From: Thermoplasmatota archaeon
Lineage (GTDB): Archaea; Thermoplasmatota; Penumbrarchaeia; Penumbrarchaeales; Penumbrarchaeaceae
NCBI GenBank assembly: GCA_965234725.1
Contig: CBDDUX010000002.1
Span: 39,954-103,953, forward strand
Reading direction: 5' to 3'
Length of the DNA: 64,000 bases
The translations under genes were made by a program, and so were the position numbers. Below the pieces are notes generated by a model, which ran no database searches, was not told the origin of the DNA, and saw only the letters and a program-made list of their open reading frames with translations. Shown one piece after another: positions 50,599 through 58,877 of this stretch; the stretch's first letter is position 1, and each line of letters begins with the position of its first letter.

Positions 50599-51024
50599 GA
50601 CCCTACGGGGTTCAAAATCCCTCAAGTCATTAGCACTCATTACCCTCTCTACGTTCGGATAAAGGGTGAAAATATGGCGCAGAGGAGGGGAGGGTAAGAA
50701 TCGTCAGGTCATCGACGTTCATCCAGATTCTGACCCTGAGATGAAAAACGATAATGATCTAAATATCATCATTTTTCATCGTTTCAAATCATTATCACGC
50801 GTCATTCTTCGGTTTTGTATTTATTCGACGAGAGAAGAATGGCGCAGAGGAGGGGATTTGAACTTCCGCAAAATCGGAAATTTTGCTCACCCTGAGACCA
50901 CTCCCTTGAAATAAATGTCCCGTGGTCTCAGGACCCTACGGGGTTCAAACCCCCTCAAGTCATTAGCACCCATTACCCTCTCTACGTTCGGATAAAGGGT
51001 GAAAATATGGCGCAGAGGAGGGGA
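50599..51024. repeat. 93-bp direct repeat (50599-50691 and 50932-51024) ending in the tRNA-Ser 3' end, plus a third 24-bp tRNA 3'-end copy (50840-50863)
   Basis: Manual alignment gives 90/93 identity. TGGCGCAGAGGAGGGGA occurs at 50675, 50840 and 51008. Confidence 0.92.
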
Positions 51025-51116
51025 TTTGAACCCCCGAGGGATTGCTCCCACGAGATGTCCGGATGACAGCGAAGTCCTTTCCAGTCTCGCGCCTTACCGG
51101 GCTGAGCTACCTCTGC
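51008..51116 (-). tRNA. tRNA-Ser(GGA) with 22-nt canonical 37/38 intron (51057-51078) and encoded CCA
   Basis: Minus strand: acceptor GCAGAGG/CCTCTGC-G-CCA, anticodon arm CGAGA-CTGGAA^A-TCTCG, long variable arm, GTTCAAATC T-loop. BHB helix CUGG/CCGG with 3-nt bulges. Confidence 0.95.
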
Positions 51117-51205
51117 AGCCTGTTCGTCTTTACCGGACATGGTCCGGAAGTAGGCCTAATCTTAATGTCATATTTAACCGTTTATGAGCTTTTCAAACAA
51201 GATCA

Positions 51206-52153
51206 TTATTTGTCTGAAACGTCATCCTCCATGTCGAGGATATCATCTGTCAGGTCATCCTCTTCGACATCCAGTTCGGAATCATCATCTTCCTCATCCT
51301 GATTGTCTACCAGATCCTCATCTGAAGGTTCATCATTGATCTCGATATCTTCATCATCTTTATCTTCCGGATCTCCTTCATCATCTCCGGGGATATGGTC
51401 GATCTCTTCTGCCTCCTCCACTTCTTCCTTCTTTTTCTTGTCAGATCCAGGGCCCTGGTAATAGATATCCTTCATTCTTTCTTCTATCTCCTTTCTGGAG
51501 ATCTCCATATCTGCCTCGTCAGCAAGAGATATGAACTCGGGAGGGATCTCCTCCACGGTGAATACAGTCTTTCCAGCCCTTTGAATGATTATTCCGTTAT
51601 TGAGGGCTTCTTCTGCATTGATCCTGAGGACTATAGGGTCCGGTCCTTCCCTGTGAGTTCCCGCTTCATATGCATCGTCCCATGTTTTGGAAAGGTGGAC
51701 CATTGTCCTGTCCTCCGGGGTCAGACCCTTTTCAAGAACTCCTTCCTGTTCCTCGGGTTTGGTTGGGAAATATAATCTCTCGGGGATATCATCAGTGGGG
51801 AGGCTCATTGAAAGTTGAAGGGAATGGCCATAAGTAGCTCTTACATGGTTGTTGTCAACCTGATATCTTCCTTTGGGATCGGTCTCGACCAGTCCAATGA
51901 TATGGGTCGGCCTGAGCCATCTCATTCTGTCCCCTCTCTTCCTTTTTACGGCTGAGACCATCTTGTAGATGTCGATAAAACCTTCTTCATCCATGTCAAG
52001 GTTGAACCTATCTGGAAAATGTCTTAATATCCCTGCCATGATCCTGCCAAGCGATTCCAGCTCGTATGAGCTCATGAGGAATTTACCTTCATCTCCGCAA
52101 ATAGGACAATCCTCACCTCTAAAGAAACCATGTTCTCTACACATCCTGAGCAT
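51206..52153 (-). CDS. kptA: RNA 2'-phosphotransferase (Tpt1/KptA) with N-terminal Zn-ribbon-like motif and acidic C-tail
   Basis: C..HG...CP.CG; ILRH, KGRY, RATYGHS, VHLS. SD GAGGTG before Met 52153. Confidence 0.92.
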   Translation of the reverse strand: MLRMCREHGFFRGEDCPICGDEGKFLMSSYELESLGRIMAGILRHFPDRFNLDMDEEGFIDIYKMVSAVKRKRGDRMRWLRPTHIIGLVETDPKGRYQVDNNHVRATYGHSLQLSMSLPTDDIPERLYFPTKPEEQEGVLEKGLTPEDRTMVHLSKTWDDAYEAGTHREGPDPIVLRINAEEALNNGIIIQRAGKTVFTVEEIPPEFISLADEADMEISRKEIEERMKDIYYQGPGSDKKKKEEVEEAEEIDHIPGDDEGDPEDKDDEDIEINDEPSDEDLVDNQDEEDDDSELDVEEDDLTDDILDMEDDVSDK

Positions 52154-52266
52154 ATGAACACCTCGTTCAAAGAACATCTGCAATGGAGTCAGTGAATCTT
52201 ACGTCTCCAGAGCATAGCTATAGTTCAAGGGACTAAGTCCCTCTTATTATTTAAAAGAAGTTGGAT

Positions 52267-52467
52267 TCAATCATCCCAGTTCTCTTCCTCTTCTGGAATG
52301 AGCTCCACGGGACTTTTTTCTTTTTTGTTCATGATCCTGTTGTAGATGATCTCCAGGATGTTGTCGGACATATCCCTCCTCCTTTTTGCATCCTCTTTGA
52401 TCTCTGGAGGGTCCTTACTATCCTCTCTGATCATCTTGTGGATCTTTAATCCCATGGTCATTTTCAA
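52267..52467 (-). CDS. Small hypothetical protein
   Basis: Fills the intergenic gap in the same orientation as its neighbours, with typical charged composition. No motif recognised. Confidence 0.4.
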   Translation of the reverse strand: MKMTMGLKIHKMIREDSKDPPEIKEDAKRRRDMSDNILEIIYNRIMNKKEKSPVELIPEEEENWDD

Positions 52468-52608
52468 GCCCCTTGATAATACCCGTCTTTTGTTTTGTCC
52501 TTAAACCAATTGTGTGGACCTTAATAATATTTACCCGGTGAATGGCGAAAGGGAGAATTCATTCTCCGATAACCACAGTTACATCTGAGTTACAGGGTGC
52601 TTCGGAGC

Positions 52609-55600
52609 TCAACCCCAATCCATTTCATCCTCTGAGGTCTCTTCCTCCATCTCCCATTCATCTTCATCATCCCCGGGGACCTCATCCTCATCCCAATCGA
52701 TGCCGGATCCCTCGGACATATGGGTGGAGCGTATCTCAGGTTCTATTGGTGGGTTAGGGACTTGTTCTTGCTCCATACTCGATCCATTGTAGCTTCCGTA
52801 CAGGTCGTTGTAGTCAGGTGGGGGGCTGGATGAGGTAATTTCATCCTCGATCGAGCCCATATCATCATTGGAAGCTTCATCGGGTCGAGGATCATATTCC
52901 ACTTCCCTTGACCTCTTTTTTGGTGCCTCATCCATCCCGGCAGCCCAGATCCTTTCGAGTTTCTTCTTTCTGTGTATCCTTGAAAACACAGCGATGACTA
53001 TGAACAGTATCAAAACGATTACGGCAATAACTATCCATAGTGTTGGGTCCAAGAGCCATTTTGGCAATGGGTCCTCCTTTTTTTCCTCTGTTACATCATC
53101 GTTGTCAACGACATCCGGTATATAGGTCCTGAACTCCCAACTGTAGACCTTGTCAAGCTGATAGTCGAAGATGTCCCTGACCTCAGTTCCCAGACTGATC
53201 TCGTATGATGTTCCTCTATCTAGGGGGATCGAGATGATGACCGATCGATCATCAGATCCTGGATTGACAACGAAGAAGGAGATCTCTTCCCTTACTTCTC
53301 TGGGGTAGCCACTTGTATCCTCAATCCTAACGGAAAAGACCCTCAATGCATTGACGACAGACGAGACTTGGACAGGGTTGGTGAATATTAAAGTGATGTT
53401 GTAGATGTCATCTTCGTTACCAGAGAAGTTCTGGTCTACATTTGATGGAAAAACTCCATCTGGATAGTCCAAAGAGAAGAGCGTCCTTATTGTGTAATTA
53501 GCGGTCATACCAGATAAAAGCTGATTATTCCAAGGGTCACTGATCCCGGTTCCCACACTGAGTGTATATGTCCTGCCATATTCCAGTCCTTGTGGTATTA
53601 TCTGGACTTCGGATGATCCTTTGATATTGATGGTAATATTGACATGTCCCCCATCATCGTCAGTCATGACAAGTTCACTTTGAGTGATCGTTGAGGTGTT
53701 CAAAGGTTCATCGAATGAAACCGTGATCATAAGGTCCTCTGAGAACTGAAAGCTCTCATTCTCCTCGGGAGTGATGCTCTTGATGGAGGGCGGGGTCAGG
53801 TCTCCTATGGCCCTTAAAAGCATCTGGACCTCTCTTTCATTGCCGGATCTGTCCTTTGCAATGAGTGTAAGCAGATAGGAACCTGCTAATGTGAAAGTAA
53901 AGTTGAACATATCTCCATCAAAGAATTCGGACATAGGCTCCACTACTTCCTGATATGTAAGGTTCCAGTGGAATTCCGCCCCTGATGGGAAGGACCTGTT
54001 ATTGTCTGTGAGGTTCTGTTTGAACGTTGCGGGCATCCCCAGTGTAACGGTGGTCGGACCAATGATATTCCCATCAGGTGGTGTCAGGTCGGTTACCGAG
54101 ATCTTTCTGGTGATATGGAGTTGGTTGCCTCCCCCGTCGGTGACCGTAAGGTTCAATGTGTATTGTCCAGGTTCGGAGAATGAGATGTGCGCTGTGCTCT
54201 CGGTGGATGTCCAGTTGTAATCTTCACCGTTGATCTCCCAAAGAACACCCGCTCCTTCTCTGTTGAACCACCGAACATCATTATCGGTGATATTGATCTC
54301 GAAGGAAGCTGTCTCATCCTCATTCACTGAAAAAAGGCCCAGGATCTCTCCAGTAGGTGCTGTTGTGTCGATAACTTCGATACCCAATAAGGTGGAATTG
54401 ATATTTCCTGCAGGATCCCTTACTGTCAATCGGATGCTGAAATTTCCCAACATTGAAAGCTCGAACGGAAGTGTACCATTCCCATAATGGATAGTGACCA
54501 TCCCGAGAGGGTCGGTCACTCTCCATGTGAAGTTTTCGATATATGTGAAGTCAAGGTCATCACCGATGTCATAAGAAGTAGATATCAGGTCGAGATACTC
54601 TGGGGAGATGTTCCGGGTGATATTGCTCTGGTCCTCTACATCCAATCTTGCAACTGGTAACTTGGTATCCAGTGTGAAGTTATAGCTTACATTCGTAGGA
54701 CCTGCTCCGAATTCGTCATAGGAGCTCAATAATACATGGTTCTTACCTTCTGTGAGGTTGAGGACAAATTCAAACCCACCGATGGAATTTACCATTAGTT
54801 CTTCCGAGAATACATTGTCCTTCCAGACTTCTACCCTTCCGTTCTTTTCGGATGTTCCTGAAACTTGATGGGAGACTACATTGGTCACGGCCGATGGTGG
54901 ATCCAAGAAAGATACGGATGATGGTCCTGTGTTGTCGATATGGAAATCCTCATTAACAGACCAATCCCCTATGTTCAGTGACTCATCAAGACCTCTATAC
55001 CTCAGGAAAAGGGAATCCACATCCCCGGGACCTCCGGCAGAGATCCTTGTGTCCCAGATAACTCCGGTATAAGGTCCCTCACCCACGATCTCCCAATTTC
55101 CATCATCCATGAGACCGTTCCCATTGATGTCATTGTAGAACTGAATCTGGACGGTCTCCAGGTCAGGGGATCCTGTGAACTCGAAGGTTATAATGCCCAC
55201 AATTGTCCGAGGTGTTGTGACCAGGACTGCATCTGGAGGGATGAGGTCCTGGGGTGTGGCGTTGAATATGACCGATAGTGATGATTCATTCCCGTTCGTG
55301 TCAACAACAGATACTCTGAAGGAGTATTTCAATCCGTCAACAAGACCTCCGATATCGATCTCTCCGATCAATGAGACCGTGGAAGCGATTAGCGACCATC
55401 CGTCAGGTGCAGTCGTGTGTTCCCCTTGCTTACCACCTGAAATGGATGAAGAGTTGATGTAGATATTATTATAGGAAAGATTAGTCTCATTGGAGTTATC
55501 CCAGGAGACCTTCACAGAATTTCCCTGTGGAAGGACCTGGACAGAAACATTCTTGGGGTATCTTGGAACCGAGCTGTTGAAGTACATTGGAAAATGTAAG

Positions 55601-58413
55601 TAGGTTCTGTTCCCCAGGAATGGATCAAGGACCCTTGTTTTCAAAATGAAACTGCCTGTGATATTTTGAGGTACTATCCATACATCAGTGATGTTTCCAT
55701 CATCCGGGGTTGGATCTCCGTAAGAGGAATTACCGTCATCATGGAAAGGTCTCCAACCGATCCCCGATCCTTCCAGAATCCACCAAGCTTCCGTTCCTGT
55801 TGCGATGTTACCTTCAAGGAATACTCTCTCATATTCTCCCTGAGTAAGGTGGAGCTCCATCTTCTCCTTCAATAACACTAAAACCGGATCTTTTGCAATT
55901 GCTGTTGAGGTGAAGGTACCTACAGGGTCAATATCCCGGTAGTAGGCTGAGATAATGTCATCTTCAAATACCTGCAGGGATGAAGAATTCCCGGTGGCAT
56001 TATCCCTCGTCCAGGCTGTTCCCCTGAACAGTCCGGAGGTTCCGATCTCATGAAGTGTTAGGGTGATGCCTGTTCCATCAGTTGTGGAATTCAAAGTGAC
56101 CATTACTGTTCCATTTCCAACCAGGTTCGTGTCCATGACGGTTATCGAAATACTGTCTCCCCTGGTGGAATAATACTGCTTGTCCAATGAAACAAGGCTT
56201 GAAAGGTTGGATATGTCACCAGAGACAACAACGGCGAAATGCTGGGGGCCCATGGGTATGTTATAAGCTGATATCAATAACTTCCATGTTCCAACGGCTG
56301 GAGATTGGATATTTATCCCTTCTATGGGATTGGTCCTGTCAAATGTATCGTTGAACGGAGATGACCAATCGTTACCGTAATACTCGGTACCATTGGGTGC
56401 GATCAGTATAAGATCAAGGTCATTGACAAGTTCTTTGGATGAATACAGAGCACCTGGAAAATCAGCATATGCCAAGGTGATCCTAAGGTCATTTTCTGAT
56501 CCTTTAACCTGAAAATATGAGGTGATATCATTTCCAGTCCATAGACCCTCTTTATCGTCTAAAAAGGTCATGTTACCATTATCCGGTTGGAGTGAATTGG
56601 AAATGTTGATCCTTCCCCAACCCTGGTGCATATCCGGGCGTCCCTGTATCTCCTGGACCGTAGAGTTCCCTGGTCCATATTGCCCGGGAGTGAGGTCCAT
56701 TGCTCCGTTGATCAGTGAGGCCTTGAGAAGAGCCCCTGATGGGGAGCTCAACCCCAGTGTTGAGTTGAAGAATTCCCTCATCAGGACAACTGCACCAGCA
56801 GTAATGGGGGTGGACATCGATGTTCCCCCCATGTAGAGGTAATCGCTATTGTAAACTCCCCATCCGGTTCCGGTTCCATTAATGGAGGACCTGCAGGAGA
56901 GGACATTGGTTCCCGGAGCTACGACATCCGGTTTAATCCTCCCATCATCGGTTGGACCCACAGATGAGAAAGCTGCCATTCCGTCCGGATTGTCCGATCG
57001 CTTATCACTGAAGATCGGCTCTTTCGGATATTTGGAATAGACGACCCAGCTCCCGTTCATATACCTCCATGCACCTGAACTGCCCCAGGCACTTTGAGCT
57101 CCCCCGGATAACCTGTAGTTCTCACTGGCACCCACGGTTATACAGTTCTTGGCAGTTCCAGGGGAGCCAATGGAATCCAGATCGGTCCTTCCGTCCTCGG
57201 GATCCCAATCGTATCCGTTGTTGCCAGCAGAATAGAGTATGATCATCTCTGGGTAATTGAATAGGAACCAATCCACATCCTGGGCTCTGGAGGTATACAG
57301 TCCGGATACATCGGACCCCCAGGAGTTCGTATGTATCCTGGACCCATTATCATAAGCCTGCTGAAATAGAAGGGAAGTGTTGGCAGGGATGGAAAGGGCT
57401 TTACCATCGGTCATTATAGCCTGGAAGAAGATGGAAGCATTGGGAGCCATGCCTTTGATATCCCCTCCGGAATTGGTTCCATCACCCGCTATCGATCCGG
57501 TAGTATGGGTTCCGTGGCTGTGGCCGTCGTCAGGGGAGGTTCCGGCCCAGTTTACGATGGTTGCTCTGTTATCAAAATCGAGGTTTATATCGCCGTTTAC
57601 CTGGGGATCGTCAACTCCCGTATCCAGACCGGTGTCGGAGATGGCGACTACCTGTCCAGTTCCATCAAGGCCGAGGTCATCCCACACTTCCTGGACGTTG
57701 ATAATGTCCTTTGATACATTATTGTGAAGCTCTACTGTATAATATGGTTCAATATGGCTGATACCAAAGATCGAGATCAGTTCCTCCCGGCTTTCGATCG
57801 AAGGTCCGATAAGGTATCTGGTGGGTGATTCTTTCATCACCACGGGAGATATTTCGTTCAATTGCAGTGTAATATCTTCCTGGGCGGGGAAGGTATCAAC
57901 AACCAGCATTTCCTCCCCAACAGAGTCCTGGATGGAATTTCCGGTCTCAAGGTCTAAATATGTCTGGGGATCCATCTTCATTCCGGAGGGAAAGGGTCCT
58001 GCGGCTATCACATTTTCGAGGTCAAGGAGCTCTTCTGGATCCCTGTTCTGTATCCTAACGGTATAAGAGAATTCAGGAAGGTATTCCAAGACATCGAATC
58101 CCTCTTCTTCCAGATATTCCTTCCATCCCTTTTCTATCGGTCCGTTGAACTGAACGATCCAGATGCCGCTGTCCAGGTCATCTTCGAAAAAAGGGACCTC
58201 TCCATAGAGACGGTCTATCGGAAAGGTCCCCCATCTCGTCATCAATGGGGGAAGCTGATCTGTCCGGTCCTTGATCAGAAAAGGTAATTCATTATCCTTT
58301 TTTGCCTCTTCCCCGGTTGAGAGAAATAATATTGGAGAGAGGGAAGTGGCCAGAAGCATAATTGCGATCAGAAGGGCATTGGAGCCTCCTTTGAATCTAA
58401 ACATGGGTCTCAC
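52609..58413 (-). CDS. Membrane-anchored S8 subtilase (KP-43-like) with FN3/PKD/Ig-like stalk
   Basis: Triad ISDTGLD / HGTHTTG / GTSMSTP; GRIKPDVVAPG; LLKASLINGA; VNDLDL; C-terminal TM and acidic cytoplasmic tail. Confidence 0.93.
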   Translation of the reverse strand: MRPMFRFKGGSNALLIAIMLLATSLSPILFLSTGEEAKKDNELPFLIKDRTDQLPPLMTRWGTFPIDRLYGEVPFFEDDLDSGIWIVQFNGPIEKGWKEYLEEEGFDVLEYLPEFSYTVRIQNRDPEELLDLENVIAAGPFPSGMKMDPQTYLDLETGNSIQDSVGEEMLVVDTFPAQEDITLQLNEISPVVMKESPTRYLIGPSIESREELISIFGISHIEPYYTVELHNNVSKDIINVQEVWDDLGLDGTGQVVAISDTGLDTGVDDPQVNGDINLDFDNRATIVNWAGTSPDDGHSHGTHTTGSIAGDGTNSGGDIKGMAPNASIFFQAIMTDGKALSIPANTSLLFQQAYDNGSRIHTNSWGSDVSGLYTSRAQDVDWFLFNYPEMIILYSAGNNGYDWDPEDGRTDLDSIGSPGTAKNCITVGASENYRLSGGAQSAWGSSGAWRYMNGSWVVYSKYPKEPIFSDKRSDNPDGMAAFSSVGPTDDGRIKPDVVAPGTNVLSCRSSINGTGTGWGVYNSDYLYMGGTSMSTPITAGAVVLMREFFNSTLGLSSPSGALLKASLINGAMDLTPGQYGPGNSTVQEIQGRPDMHQGWGRINISNSLQPDNGNMTFLDDKEGLWTGNDITSYFQVKGSENDLRITLAYADFPGALYSSKELVNDLDLILIAPNGTEYYGNDWSSPFNDTFDRTNPIEGINIQSPAVGTWKLLISAYNIPMGPQHFAVVVSGDISNLSSLVSLDKQYYSTRGDSISITVMDTNLVGNGTVMVTLNSTTDGTGITLTLHEIGTSGLFRGTAWTRDNATGNSSSLQVFEDDIISAYYRDIDPVGTFTSTAIAKDPVLVLLKEKMELHLTQGEYERVFLEGNIATGTEAWWILEGSGIGWRPFHDDGNSSYGDPTPDDGNITDVWIVPQNITGSFILKTRVLDPFLGNRTYLHFPMYFNSSVPRYPKNVSVQVLPQGNSVKVSWDNSNETNLSYNNIYINSSSISGGKQGEHTTAPDGWSLIASTVSLIGEIDIGGLVDGLKYSFRVSVVDTNGNESSLSVIFNATPQDLIPPDAVLVTTPRTIVGIITFEFTGSPDLETVQIQFYNDINGNGLMDDGNWEIVGEGPYTGVIWDTRISAGGPGDVDSLFLRYRGLDESLNIGDWSVNEDFHIDNTGPSSVSFLDPPSAVTNVVSHQVSGTSEKNGRVEVWKDNVFSEELMVNSIGGFEFVLNLTEGKNHVLLSSYDEFGAGPTNVSYNFTLDTKLPVARLDVEDQSNITRNISPEYLDLISTSYDIGDDLDFTYIENFTWRVTDPLGMVTIHYGNGTLPFELSMLGNFSIRLTVRDPAGNINSTLLGIEVIDTTAPTGEILGLFSVNEDETASFEINITDNDVRWFNREGAGVLWEINGEDYNWTSTESTAHISFSEPGQYTLNLTVTDGGGNQLHITRKISVTDLTPPDGNIIGPTTVTLGMPATFKQNLTDNNRSFPSGAEFHWNLTYQEVVEPMSEFFDGDMFNFTFTLAGSYLLTLIAKDRSGNEREVQMLLRAIGDLTPPSIKSITPEENESFQFSEDLMITVSFDEPLNTSTITQSELVMTDDDGGHVNITINIKGSSEVQIIPQGLEYGRTYTLSVGTGISDPWNNQLLSGMTANYTIRTLFSLDYPDGVFPSNVDQNFSGNEDDIYNITLIFTNPVQVSSVVNALRVFSVRIEDTSGYPREVREEISFFVVNPGSDDRSVIISIPLDRGTSYEISLGTEVRDIFDYQLDKVYSWEFRTYIPDVVDNDDVTEEKKEDPLPKWLLDPTLWIVIAVIVLILFIVIAVFSRIHRKKKLERIWAAGMDEAPKKRSREVEYDPRPDEASNDDMGSIEDEITSSSPPPDYNDLYGSYNGSSMEQEQVPNPPIEPEIRSTHMSEGSGIDWDEDEVPGDDEDEWEMEEETSEDEMDWG

Positions 58414-58529
58414 CGCCTGACCTGATCCGTTTATCCAAGCCTCTACTTTAATGTTTCATACCTTGGACCGGATGTATAACAACCTATCTACCGCCGTCCT
58501 CTAAAATGTTTTGGGTATGAGTTTTCGTT

Positions 58530-58877
58530 TCATGCCCTTGGTATCATCCGTGCAACTTCTTTGAGAGCGCTCGAACCAACCTTTCCCTTGATCCTTTCTC
58601 TTAGAAGACCGAATCCACCCGCGATCCTTTTAAGCATGAGCTTTCTCATCTCCTCCATGTCAAGGTCCCGGGTCCCTCCCTCGCTGATGATAAGGGCAGA
58701 TAATGTGTAAGAGCGGAGGGTCTCGGGGGATATACGATCCGAGATATCCTCAAGATCCCCCTTGAGGTCGTTGAAGATACCAAGGGCAAGAGCGAAGGAT
58801 ACAAGTGTACTCTCATCCTGGAAACCGCCTTCTCTGATAAGGCACTTCAGATCCTCCGGGACCAACAGTTCTTTCAT
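58530..58877 (-). CDS. Small protein coupled to the ATPase, resembling DndE / Dnd-associated partner proteins
   Basis: ATGA overlap with the ATPase; 'FALALG' and 'IAGGFGLLRE' pattern. Family call is tentative. Confidence 0.55.
   Translation of the reverse strand: MKELLVPEDLKCLIREGGFQDESTLVSFALALGIFNDLKGDLEDISDRISPETLRSYTLSALIISEGGTRDLDMEEMRKLMLKRIAGGFGLLRERIKGKVGSSALKEVARMIPRA

Noticed and set aside
50599-51031. Repeat-spacer pattern as a CRISPR array
   Set aside because: The repeats are tRNA 3' ends of unequal length, the spacers are ~145 bp, one spacer part is duplicated, and there are no cas genes.
50666-51302. Short ORFs starting MKIWRRGG (50666, 50999) and ORF 51042
   Set aside because: They are antisense translations of the tRNA and its repeats.
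49060-52467. Prophage or integrative element at the tRNA
   Set aside because: No integrase, replication or structural genes between or beside the tRNA-end copies.
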